From: Candidatus Dormiibacterota bacterium
GTDB taxonomy: Bacteria > Chloroflexota > Dormibacteria > CF-121
NCBI GenBank assembly: GCA_035279665.1
Contig: DATEHI010000011.1
Span: 1,157-65,156 of the forward strand
DNA length: 64,000 bases
Reading direction: 5' to 3'
Shown: piece by piece, positions 1 to 8,347 of the stretch
Layout of the letters: every line of letters begins with the position of its first letter
How positions within the stretch are numbered: position 1 is the first letter of the stretch
Made by a program: the position numbers and the translations under genes
The notes under the pieces: generated by a model
The model's database searches: none
The model's input: only the letters and a program-made list of their open reading frames with translations
What the model was told of the DNA's origin: nothing

Positions 1-285
1 TTCACCCGCGGGTGTTGCGGTCGCGTACACCTCGCCTGCAGTGTCAAACGTGCGTGTGACTTCCACTCCGAAGTCGCACAGTATCGGCGCGCCGGGCTCC
101 TTCGGGTGGTGATAGAGGAAGATGTTGTGGCCCTCGGTCCACAGCCCTGGCTGACCGCGAATGAAGTCCCAGACCTTGCCCACCGCGGGTCCCCATGCTG
201 AGCCAACCTCGCCCTCCGCGACCTCGCGCCGCACTGCCGCCAATTGGCGAGGCTGAACACTCTCGACGTTGACGGGAACGGGCAC
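1..285 (-). CDS. GyrI-like / effector-binding domain protein, partial (C-terminus lies beyond the window start)
   Basis: The minus-strand frame reads ...AWGPAVGKVWDFIRGQPGLWTEGHNIFLYHHPKEPGAPILCDFGVEVTRTF..., which matches the GyrI-like small-molecule-binding fold pattern. The likely start is a GTG at 285, just after an in-frame TAA. The gene is divergent from the methyltransferase at 327. Confidence 0.4.
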   Translation of the reverse strand, partial: MPVPVNVESVQPRQLAAVRREVAEGEVGSAWGPAVGKVWDFIRGQPGLWTEGHNIFLYHHPKEPGAPILCDFGVEVTRTFDTAGEVYATATPAGE

Positions 286-326
286 GTCTCGATCTTAATC
301 AAGCATCCCGGCTGAGATCATGAGTT

Positions 327-941
327 TTGATGAAGCCGCTCTACATCACGAGCGGATTGGCGTCGGGTCTCTATACGATGGTCATCGTCGTCTGGGTCGT
401 CTCCGAGGCGACCGTCCTGGTCCGCACGATCAGGTCGGAAGGCGTCCGAGCGCACCTGGCGAGCAACCGCGGACAAGACCGTCTTTCCGGGCCCGCGCTG
501 ATTGGCTTTCTTCTGCTCGCCGTCTTCGTCGGCTCGACAGCTGCTCGAGGGGTTCCGGCGGCGGCGATAATGGAGGGCCGACCGGTCATCTTCGCCTTCG
601 CTCTTCTACTGGCCATCGCCGGAATCGTGCTCCGCTGGTACGCGATCGTGACACTTGGCCGGTTCTTCTCGATGCGCGTGCAGACCACGTCCGACCAGCA
701 GGTCGTCCAGTCCGGCCCGTACAGGTTGGTCCGGCATCCGAGCTACACAGGTCTGCTGATGACAGTGCTCGGCGTGCTTCTGATGTCGACGAACTGGTTC
801 ACGCTCGCGTGCTACGTGATCGCGCTACCGGGGTTCGGGTACCGGATCTATGTCGAAGAGCACGCTCTGGCGTCCGAGCTTGGGGATCAGTATCGCGACT
901 ACATGCGCCGGTCGAAGCGTCTGGTGCCGTTTCTGATCTAG
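327..941 (+). CDS. isoprenylcysteine carboxyl methyltransferase (ICMT)/phospholipid methyltransferase family membrane protein
   Basis: 204 aa with multiple hydrophobic helices and the ICMT-family motif VRHPSYTGLL...EE near the C-terminus. Confidence 0.7.
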   Translation: MMKPLYITSGLASGLYTMVIVVWVVSEATVLVRTIRSEGVRAHLASNRGQDRLSGPALIGFLLLAVFVGSTAARGVPAAAIMEGRPVIFAFALLLAIAGIVLRWYAIVTLGRFFSMRVQTTSDQQVVQSGPYRLVRHPSYTGLLMTVLGVLLMSTNWFTLACYVIALPGFGYRIYVEEHALASELGDQYRDYMRRSKRLVPFLI

Positions 942-993
942 CTGTGGTTAGTTCCGAGACGTCCGCGTGCGTCTACTGGAGTCCGTGGCGTGA

Positions 994-1040
994 CGCCGAT
1001 TAAGAGTCAGCTGCTCTACCAACTGAGCTATGTAGGCGCC
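994..1040 (-). pseudogene. tRNA-Lys(CUU) 5' fragment: acceptor 5' strand, D-arm and anticodon arm only, no T-arm
   Basis: The reverse complement GGCGCCTACATAGCTCAGTTGGTAGAGCAGCTGACTCTTAATCGGCG folds as a 7-bp acceptor 5' strand, a canonical D-arm and an anticodon stem GCTGA/TCGGC (one G-U) with loop CTCTTAA, giving anticodon CTT. The sequence that follows (TCACGCCACGGACTCCAG...) has no TpsiC arm or acceptor 3' strand. Confidence 0.5.
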
Positions 1041-1084
1041 GCATATTGCATTCGACATCGTCCGCTGCGTGTCGCTGAATGCAC

Positions 1085-1130
1085 GGACGTCCACCGGCGT
1101 TGTTGTCAAGTTGTTGTCAAAACCGGCGGC
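1085..1130. repeat. fragment of the MITE-like repeat family (GACGTCCACCGGCGTTG core followed by a tandem GTTGTTGTCAA x2)
   Basis: It shares the core GACGTCCACCGGCGTTG with the copies at 6160 and 9700. In those copies the tandem 9-mer is GTTGCTACA, so the tandem unit differs here. Confidence 0.45.
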
Positions 1131-1499
1131 GCTGCCGGGCGGTCGCTGAAGGTTGCCGCGCTATCCGTCGCTTCCAGGGCGGCTGAAGGCGAAGAAAAAG
1201 GAGATCGAAGGCATCAGGCCGCAGTGGCAGGATGGGAGATGCCGACGCGAGCGACCTGCGTGGCTTTGCGGTCACGGACCCGGACCTTGCGGCGCCGCGA
1301 GGCGATCGGCGCTTCGAGCGGCTAACTCAGGCTGGTTGAGGCGGAAGCCAGGCACGTGACCATCCCTGGGTCGGACACTGCGAGGCGTCCTGGAGACAGG
1401 AACTACCGTCAATTTGACCATGGGCAGCCTGGATGACTAGCGGCTTGGCGGCCGAGGCCTTGGTTAACGCGGGCGCAACGTCCTGGTTTCTGACGGCCG

Positions 1500-1530
1500 G
1501 TTTGCCAAGACCGCGGTTTGAAGTTCGACT
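1500..1530. repeat. fragment of the MITE-like repeat family (right terminal-inverted-repeat-like piece CCGCGGTTTGAAGTTCGAC)
   Basis: It matches the CAGCGGTTTTGAAGTTCGA end of the elements at 6040, 9585 and 14960. Confidence 0.4.
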
Positions 1531-1575
1531 GATTGGCATCCGTGTTGGACTGTTCGCATCGACGACAATCAGGCT

Positions 1576-2931
1576 ATGGATCGACCAATTCTCTATACGT
1601 GGAACAAGGGCGCCGCGCTTGCCTACCAGATCGTTGGCGACGGATCCGTCGATCTGATCTATCTCAGCGGAGCGGGCTCGAACCTGGAGTGGAATTGGCG
1701 CTATCCAGCCTACGCCGGCTATCTCCACCGGCTCGCCTCGTTTTCGCGGCTGATCCTTACGGATCGTCGAGGTTGGGGCTGCTCGGATCGCTTTCCACCA
1801 GGAAGAGCGCCCGAACTCGATGACCTCGTTGACGACCTGATGGCCGTCCGCGAGGCCGCCGCCGGCAAACCGCCCGCCCTGATGGCGGTCAACGAGTCCG
1901 GATGGGCGGCCATTGCGGCGGCTGCCCTACGGCCCGAGGCATTCTCCCGACTCATTCTCTTCGGATGTTCCCCCGTAGGTTCGCGAAGGGACGACATGCC
2001 GTGGGAAGTGGACCGTGGGCGGCTCGAGTCGTCCTATCGTGCCGTGGAGCGAGTCATCAACATGGCTGACTGGATTCGCGTCTTCGTTCGAGACCAGCAG
2101 CCGTCATTACGCGGCAACGAAGACGCAGCCGCCTGGCTGACTACCCTTTTCCGCCTTACGGCCGGGGCCGGCGCGGCGGCCGCCGAGGTGCGCAGCTGGG
2201 CCGACATCGACCTGCGCCAGCTGCTGCCGGGAATTGCCGTGCCGACCCTTGTGCTCTCTCGTCCGGCGGCCGACTACTGGCCGCCTGCGAGCGCTCGGTA
2301 CCTGGCGGCGCGCATTCCCAATGCGGAACTCGTCGAGTTACCCGGCGAGGACGGTTATCCGTGGGTTGGCGATTGGGAATCGGTGACCGAGCAGGTGCGG
2401 CGCTTCATCGCAGCCGAGGCGCCCGAATCACCTACGGCCCGGGTCCTATCGACGATGCTATTTACCGACATCGTTGAGTCAGCCAGGCATTCGGCTGAGC
2501 TCGGCGACCGCACGTGGCACCGCCTCCTCGATAGCCACAATCAAACGATTCGACGCCTGCTTGCCCAGCACAAGGGACGAGAGATGAACACGACAGGCGA
2601 TGGCTTCTTCGCAAGCTTCGATGTCCCTCAACAGGCTGTTAGCTGCGGGCTGGAGATCGTGAGGGCGGTCCGCATCCTTGGCCTCGAGGTTCGTGTCGGC
2701 ATCCACACCGGGGAATGCGATCTCATCGACGACAAACTGGCCGGCGCGGCTGTCACCATCGGCGCGAGAATCGCGGGAGCGGCGGCCGCCGGTGAGGTGC
2801 TGGTCTCGAACACCGTGAAGAGCCTGGTTACAGGATCGGATATCCCGTTCGTGAACCGGGGAGAGCACAAGCTGAAGGGCTTCGATGAGAGTTGGCCGTT
2901 GTACGAGGCGCTTAGCCGACGGAGTGAATGA
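1576..2931 (+). CDS. alpha/beta-hydrolase domain fused to a class III adenylate/guanylate cyclase catalytic domain
   Basis: The N-terminal ~300 aa look like an alpha/beta hydrolase (LTDRRGWGCSDR). The C-terminal part carries the class III cyclase motifs LFTDIVESARH, GDGFFASF and RVGIHTGE. Confidence 0.8.
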   Translation: MDRPILYTWNKGAALAYQIVGDGSVDLIYLSGAGSNLEWNWRYPAYAGYLHRLASFSRLILTDRRGWGCSDRFPPGRAPELDDLVDDLMAVREAAAGKPPALMAVNESGWAAIAAAALRPEAFSRLILFGCSPVGSRRDDMPWEVDRGRLESSYRAVERVINMADWIRVFVRDQQPSLRGNEDAAAWLTTLFRLTAGAGAAAAEVRSWADIDLRQLLPGIAVPTLVLSRPAADYWPPASARYLAARIPNAELVELPGEDGYPWVGDWESVTEQVRRFIAAEAPESPTARVLSTMLFTDIVESARHSAELGDRTWHRLLDSHNQTIRRLLAQHKGREMNTTGDGFFASFDVPQQAVSCGLEIVRAVRILGLEVRVGIHTGECDLIDDKLAGAAVTIGARIAGAAAAGEVLVSNTVKSLVTGSDIPFVNRGEHKLKGFDESWPLYEALSRRSE

Positions 2932-2989
2932 GCCTTGGTCAGGATGCCCCACCCTCAGAGCATGGAGCCGATGTCTGAGGCGCCTGTCG

Positions 2990-3740
2990 GGTATGCAACT
3001 ACCACTTCCTTTAGCTCACTCGCTCGCCGGCGGGCAGGTCAAGCCTAACGCCCGCTCGACTTCATCGACCTCATCCACGGTTGGACCAAGCTTGATCGTT
3101 TCGAGGTGGCTCCTTTCAAGCCGCCCGCACGGCGGCGCCCTTGGCAAGCGCGATCAACTCGTCCACGGACCACTGGTCATAGGCATGGGTCCCGTATTTC
3201 GCCGCTTTGATCTGGCCGGACGGCGCGATCAGAAAGTCGCCCGGGAGCAGATCGGACTCTCCGAGGTCAACCTGCTCGGTCAGTACAACTCTTGCCCGCA
3301 CGTGCTGGTTTATGCTGCCCGCCACCCTGAGAAGGTTGCGCGCCTCGTCCTCTTCGGAGGATCGGCGCGCGGCTGGACGGCCATGAGCTCGGCCCCGATC
3401 CAGGCGCTCTTGACCCTGATCGAAGTCGACTGGAACCTCTTCGCGGACACCGCGGCGCATCAGTGGCTGGGGTGGTCGGCCGGTGAGGCTGGCCGCGCCA
3501 CAGCCGAGACCTTCCGCGGCGCGGTGCGCTCCGCATGGCGACAAATCGCTCACACCGGCCTCTATCACTGGCGGTCGTCGTTCGTGCGCTTAAGGCCTCC
3601 CAGGCCAGCAACCGGATCCAGCCGAGGTCGGCGCTTTCTTCCTCGTACCAGTAAGGCAGCGCGTCGGCCAACTCCCGTCAGCCCTCCTTCGAGCCCATCA
3701 AGCCAACGAAATGGCGAGCTCGTGCGGCTATCTTAGGCCG
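2990..3740 (+). pseudogene. decayed alpha/beta-hydrolase remnant (only an internal segment is protein-like)
   Basis: ORF 2885..3736 overlaps the cyclase stop. It is protein-like only in VLVYAARHPEKVARLVLFGGSARGWTAMSSAPIQALLTLIEVDWNLFADTAAHQWLGW (an alpha/beta-hydrolase-like HPE+VxxLVL segment). The flanking translation is low-complexity. A minus-strand ORF 3116..3568 overlaps it, and neither is convincing as an intact gene. Confidence 0.3.
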
Positions 3741-3827
3741 TCACCATCAAAGATTACGTGGGTACAGCACTCGGATGTGACCGGCCCGTGGCCGCTTCAC
3801 AGAGTGATAGGTTCCAATTGCTTGAAC

Positions 3828-5144
3828 CTACGGGATGCGCAACTCGAGGCCCCATTTGTCGACGGCGAAGGGACCGATCTCCTTGTTGACCAGGGTCGTC
3901 GCGTCGTACGCCGCGACGCCGCTGGTGTAGTAGGCGTCGGCGATTGCCGCGTCACTCAGCTTCCCGTAGCGGGTCTGTGGGCGTCCGTGGAATCGGTCGT
4001 GGAGCCAGAGCATTGCTCCCGGCCGCTCCATTATTCGGCCCACGAAGAAGCTGCGAGCCTCGTTTCGCGAGATCGTGATCGGGCCTCCGGTACCGGTGTC
4101 GAGAATTAGCGTAAGCGGCACCTTCATGTCGTCGATCGCCTTACCTTGAAAAACCCGCCTCATAGGCTTGGTAACCCCAGAAATGTCGGCCATGTCCAAC
4201 TGGAGCGGCGCCCTAGGCTCGTCGTCATGCACGTAGGCGTGCAAATAGAGCACGCCGCGAAGCCCGCGGTCTCGTTCACCCATACCAGCCTCATGGCTCA
4301 TGTCGGTCATCCCTCTCGGCTCTCCGGCGGCTTGGCCCGGGAGCTTGACGACGCCCGCATCAGCCTGGGCCATCGCTATTGCCCACTGCTGCACCGACGA
4401 CTGAAATTGGAGCTCTTCAGCTTTCGCCTGCTGGGAACGCAGCGCCCCCGCCAGCTCCTGAAGAAGGTCTAAGGCCTTTGCCTTGTCCTTCTTGTAAAGG
4501 TGGTCGAAGTAGTTGCTGTTCTTGCCAAGGAATCTGCTTTGCGCCACGTTAGCCATCTCCGTGATCAGGCTGTACTGCACGTGGTAGAACTCGTCGATGG
4601 CGCTCTCGCCCTTTTCCTCTTCGGATCGCTTGTAGGCCTCGACCCCGGCGTCAAAGCCCGTCTTCATCGACTCTTTTGAGGCCTCTCGAATCAGGTCCTT
4701 TGACAGCTCCGTGAGTGTTTCCTTGAACTGCTTTTCGACGACGCCGGCGACTCCCTCGGCCACCGCGAGACCCAGCCCATCCGTCGTGGCCGCCAATACT
4801 CCGATGGCGCAGATTTTGAGAATTTCGAGTTCGATGTGCTTCTCGCGGTAACTGGCAGCCTTCTGCCATTGATTCAGGCCCGGGAGTTGCTGCATGACCA
4901 GCCAGTTGAACTGGTTCGAGACGATCTGCTTGGCGGATTCAAAGGAGGTCCAGTTCGAGGGGTCCTTACCTTCGTGCTGAATCTGGTCGGCGACAGGATC
5001 GTGCACGACCGTGGGCGGGGCCTTCGCTGGGGCATGGAGCGCTGCCGGGGCCGGCTTTCGTGCCACGAGGGTCCCAACCGCTGCGTTGCCCGCCGTCCGC
5101 TGCAACGCGAGCAAGGACTCAGGGCTCAGGGCCTGGCCGGCCAT
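3828..5144 (-). CDS. toxin/effector-like protein with a DUF4157-type N-terminal LxLQRTAGNAAV motif, a lower-GC central helical region and an unassigned C-terminal domain
   Basis: ATG at 5144 gives MAGQALSPESLLALQRTAGNAAVGTLVARKPAPA..., 438 aa. A GTG about 110 nt upstream would add a K/R/D-rich disordered leader. Codons in the 4450-4900 segment are AT-richer (GAA, AAA, TTA, ATA) than the surrounding high-GC DNA. The C-terminal ~150 aa (GVLYLHAYVHDDEP...LWLHDRFHGRPQTRYGKL...) matches no domain I can name. Confidence 0.55.
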   Translation of the reverse strand: MAGQALSPESLLALQRTAGNAAVGTLVARKPAPAALHAPAKAPPTVVHDPVADQIQHEGKDPSNWTSFESAKQIVSNQFNWLVMQQLPGLNQWQKAASYREKHIELEILKICAIGVLAATTDGLGLAVAEGVAGVVEKQFKETLTELSKDLIREASKESMKTGFDAGVEAYKRSEEEKGESAIDEFYHVQYSLITEMANVAQSRFLGKNSNYFDHLYKKDKAKALDLLQELAGALRSQQAKAEELQFQSSVQQWAIAMAQADAGVVKLPGQAAGEPRGMTDMSHEAGMGERDRGLRGVLYLHAYVHDDEPRAPLQLDMADISGVTKPMRRVFQGKAIDDMKVPLTLILDTGTGGPITISRNEARSFFVGRIMERPGAMLWLHDRFHGRPQTRYGKLSDAAIADAYYTSGVAAYDATTLVNKEIGPFAVDKWGLELRIP

Positions 5145-5962
5145 CGCGGCAACCCACGGAGCATCTGGCCTCCTGGCCGCCAGTGTATCGTCCCGTCGTT
5201 TGGCCTGGTCCCGGGTCTCAGCGCCCGACTTGGCGGCGATCTTCTTCTGGCCGCCCACGGTAACAAGGGAACTCGGTTGCGGCGCTGCCGTCAATCGTCC
5301 AGCACTCAAAAAATGGGGAAGGACCCGTTGCCCGAAAGGGCAATGCTCGGCAACTTCCAGCCCGGCTCGGACGCTACTGCCCGGGTCGGAAGAATAGGCG
5401 CATCTCGGGCGGAAAGTGGGCGAGCACGTCATCGGGAACGTCGAGCTGAAAGTCGACGGACCGCTGGTCGACCAAGCCGTCGAGGGCGACCCGGATGAGT
5501 TCGCGGCACGCTTCTTCCGGCAGGTTGATCTCCTGCAATACGGCTCGGCGCTGTCACAGCACGGTGTCCATCCGAGCTGGCATCCGGCCGGTCGCTTCCC
5601 GGAGCCAGCCGGTTTCCCCAGCGGGATCCAGACCAGCCGCAATCAGCTCGAGCTGCCGCCGCTTGTGCCGCCAAAGCCGGTCGCCGCCTTAGCCATTTGG
5701 ATCGGAGGCGTTCTAACGCTCAGGCCGTCTTGACCAGATCCGAGACACGGTCTTCCCCCGCCTCGAACCGTACCTGTAGCCCGCGTAGCCACTTACGCGA
5801 TCTGTGCCAGGACCCTTTTCCCAGCGACTGGGACTCCTGCGGGTTGGAGCCCACTCTCCGGTCTCCGAGCACCGCTCCCTGCTTATGCCGTCAGTTACGC
5901 CATCAGGGTGCTCGTCCGCCGTGCGGCCCGACTGCGGTCAGTTACTGACGACGGCCGCGGCG

Positions 5963-6195
5963 GTCACTGGCCCAATTCGAAACTGGCGGGGGCGCGACGG
6001 GAACGATCCGTCCGTCGACATCGCCAAGGATGCCGACCAGCGGTTTTGAAGTTCGACCAAGTTTCGTCTTAGTGCGTCCGCGGACGTCCATTCCGTGTTG
6101 CTGCGTATTCGAGCGGGCGAGGTTGTCGTGCTGAATTGGGTTGCTGCGTCCACAGACGTCCACCGGCGTTGCTACATGCGTTACTACATGGTTGC
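5963..6195. repeat. MITE-like repeat family, copy A: right-TIR module (CAATTCGAAACTGGCGGGGGCGCGACGGGAACGATCC...CAGCGGTTTTGAAGTTCGA) followed by the GTGCTGAATTG.GTTGCTGCGTCCACAGACGTCCACCGGCGTTGCTACATGCGTT.CTACA module
   Basis: It is almost identical over ~210 bp to 9511..9740. It lies in the intergenic region between the toxin-like ORF and the ECF sigma gene. Confidence 0.7.
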
Positions 6196-6265
6196 TTTCA
6201 ACAACGCTCGTGACTCCGCGGTTCTCGAGTGGTTTGGCGTCGCATAGGACCTGGGGCGATTCAGG

Positions 6266-7291
6266 TTATCGGCTCGGGATCGATCGCGGGAGCCGAAATG
6301 ATGCGAGGACAGTGTTTTCGAAGCGAGTCATGGCCGAGATCCGGTCCCCGGAGAGGGTGAGGACGAAGAGGCCGATCCCATAGCTGATGCCATTGGGCGC
6401 ACGCAAGTAGGCAGCGAACGCCGGCTGACCGTTGGCACGTGTCGGCACGAGGTCGAATCTGTGCCCCACGCTCAAGATGCTGCCCCAGAACCGCGTGACG
6501 AGGTCCAGGCCTTTGTATTCGAAAGGCATCGGTGGCATCGCGACGTAGACATCGTCAGTCAGGAGTGCCACCAGCGCGTCGAGATTGGCTGACTCCCAAG
6601 CCTGCACGAACTTTGCCACGAGGGCCTGTTCGGAGGGCGAGTAATGCAATGGAGATGTTTCGAGATCGGTGCCGGGCGACCATCGACGCTCCAGGCTGGC
6701 GCGCGCACGCTTGAGGATGCTGTTGACCGATTCGATGGTCGAGTCCAGCATGTCAGCCACCTCTTTCGCATGGAATCCGAGGACATCACGCAGTACGAGC
6801 ACGGCGACCTGGCGAGGCGGGAGGACCTGAAGTGCTATTACGAATGCGAGAGAGACGGATTCCTTCTGCTCGTACCGGGCCTCCGGACCCAGTGGCACAT
6901 TGGCGCCCTCAAGAATGGCGTCGGGATATGGCTCGAGCCAGACGATGTCGCCCAGCCCGGTCGGCTCGGGCGGTTCGAGACTAGGCATATCCCCCTCCTT
7001 TGCCGGGCGGCGGCTGGCTGACCGCCGAGCGTTGAGACACTTGTTGGTGGCAATCCGGTAGAGCCAGGTGCGGATTGAGGCGCGCTCCTCGAAGCCTTCG
7101 AAGCCTTGCCAGGCGGCCAACAGCGCGTCCTGGAGAGCGTCTTCGGCGTCCTGGAGGGATCCGAGCATCCGATAGCAGTGCACCTGCAGCTCCGGGCGGT
7201 ATGGCTCGGTGAGCTCCCGGAACGCATCGCCGTCGCCGGCGCGCACTCGCGATATCAGATCGGCTCCTTCGATCATCGCTCCATCTTGCAA
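6266..7291 (-). CDS. ECF-type RNA polymerase sigma-70 factor with a C-terminal SnoaL/NTF2-like extension (ECF41/SigJ-like)
   Basis: Sigma-70 region 2 (YRPELQVHCYRMLGSLQDAEDALQDALLAAW) and region 4 (VLRDVLGFHAKEVADMLDSTIESVNSILKRAR) are followed by a ~120-aa NTF2-like tail. There is no adjacent anti-sigma gene, as is typical for ECF41. Confidence 0.85.
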   Translation of the reverse strand: MQDGAMIEGADLISRVRAGDGDAFRELTEPYRPELQVHCYRMLGSLQDAEDALQDALLAAWQGFEGFEERASIRTWLYRIATNKCLNARRSASRRPAKEGDMPSLEPPEPTGLGDIVWLEPYPDAILEGANVPLGPEARYEQKESVSLAFVIALQVLPPRQVAVLVLRDVLGFHAKEVADMLDSTIESVNSILKRARASLERRWSPGTDLETSPLHYSPSEQALVAKFVQAWESANLDALVALLTDDVYVAMPPMPFEYKGLDLVTRFWGSILSVGHRFDLVPTRANGQPAFAAYLRAPNGISYGIGLFVLTLSGDRISAMTRFENTVLASFRLPRSIPSR

Positions 7292-7408
7292 TACCTCTTA
7301 TCGACACCGACCGAGGCCTGAACTGGGCGGTCGGCAAGCGCCCAGTTTCTTGAGGCTGCAGTGTCTCTATCGGTGCCTTCGATCAACCTCAACGAAAGGA
7401 GAATTGAC

Positions 7409-8062
7409 ATGACACCGATCGCCGATCAGGTCAATGACGTGAATACCGCCCTCGCCAGCCAGGCGCCCGCGGACGTAGTCGCCGTGTTCGGGTCTGAGCT
7501 GGCCGCGCTCGCCGCCGGCGGAATCCCGGCCGGAGCGGTGTCGGTCGGCGACAAGCTGACGCCCTTCGCGCTGCCCGACGCCACCGGCAAGATCCGGACG
7601 CTTGACGAGCTCACCGCCCAGGGTCCCGCCGTGATCTTCTTCTATCGGGGTGGCTGGTGCCCGTACTGCAATGTGACGCTTCGTAGCTACCAACGCGAGC
7701 TTGTGCCCAACCTCGGCCGATACTCCGCGCGCCTGGTTGCGATCTCGCCGGAGACCCCGGACGCGTCGCTCACCACACAGCAGAAAGCCGAGCTGACCTA
7801 CACGGTGCTCAGCGACGCGGGTGCCGAGCTCGCCTCCTCTATCGGAATCACCTTCGAGCCCGCCGAGAGTCTCGCGGCACAACGCAAGCTCGGCATCGAT
7901 CTCCGCACCACCCGCGCAGACGGCGGCACCGTGCTGCCGATGCCGACCGTCCTGATCGTTGACCGCGACCACGTCGTGCGATTTGTCGACATCCACCCCG
8001 ACTACACCGGCGTCACCGAGGTCAGCGACATCCTCGCCGCCTTCGACACGCTCCAAAGCTGA
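7409..8062 (+). CDS. peroxiredoxin / redoxin (AhpC/TSA family)
   Basis: The RBS aaaggagaa precedes the ATG at 7409. The protein carries FFYRGGWCPYC with a resolving region, consistent with a thiol peroxidase. Confidence 0.75.
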   Translation: MTPIADQVNDVNTALASQAPADVVAVFGSELAALAAGGIPAGAVSVGDKLTPFALPDATGKIRTLDELTAQGPAVIFFYRGGWCPYCNVTLRSYQRELVPNLGRYSARLVAISPETPDASLTTQQKAELTYTVLSDAGAELASSIGITFEPAESLAAQRKLGIDLRTTRADGGTVLPMPTVLIVDRDHVVRFVDIHPDYTGVTEVSDILAAFDTLQS

Positions 8063-8080
8063 CAAAGGAGAACCAAATCA

Positions 8081-8347
8081 ATGCACGCCACCTCAGTTCC
8101 AAACGGCAAAGCCCAAGTGGGCGATGCCTTCCCGACGCTGCAACTCGCCGCGACTTCCGGCCAGCGGGTGACGGACCCGGACCCCGCCGGAGAAGTCGTT
8201 CACCTTCAGCTCCGACGCTTGGCCCGGGTGCCCGATCTGCATCCTTCACTTTCGCTCCATCGGACTGAGCGAATCATGAGCGGCCTGGCCAACGGCACCC
8301 TGTTTCCGGCCCCTGCAGAACATGGGAGCTCGCAAATCGATGGATAA
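8081..8347 (+). pseudogene. short ORF whose first ~35 aa resemble a redoxin N-terminus; possible truncated or frameshifted peroxiredoxin paralog
   Basis: An RBS caaaggagaa precedes the start. MHATSVPNGKAQVGDAFPTLQLAATSGQRVT resembles the vGdkAPdFtL...sGe.v start of AhpC/TSA proteins, but the rest is not protein-like in any single frame. A +1 frame after aa ~40 gives ...FTFSSDAWPGCPIC... Confidence 0.25.

Noticed and set aside
5145-5642. 166-aa N-terminal extension of the toxin-like ORF
   Set aside because: It is Cys/Ser/Arg-rich and non-protein-like, an open frame by chance in GC-rich DNA. The ATG at 5144 places the conserved LLALQRTAGNAAV leader near the N-terminus. A modest extension to a GTG near 5255 remains possible.
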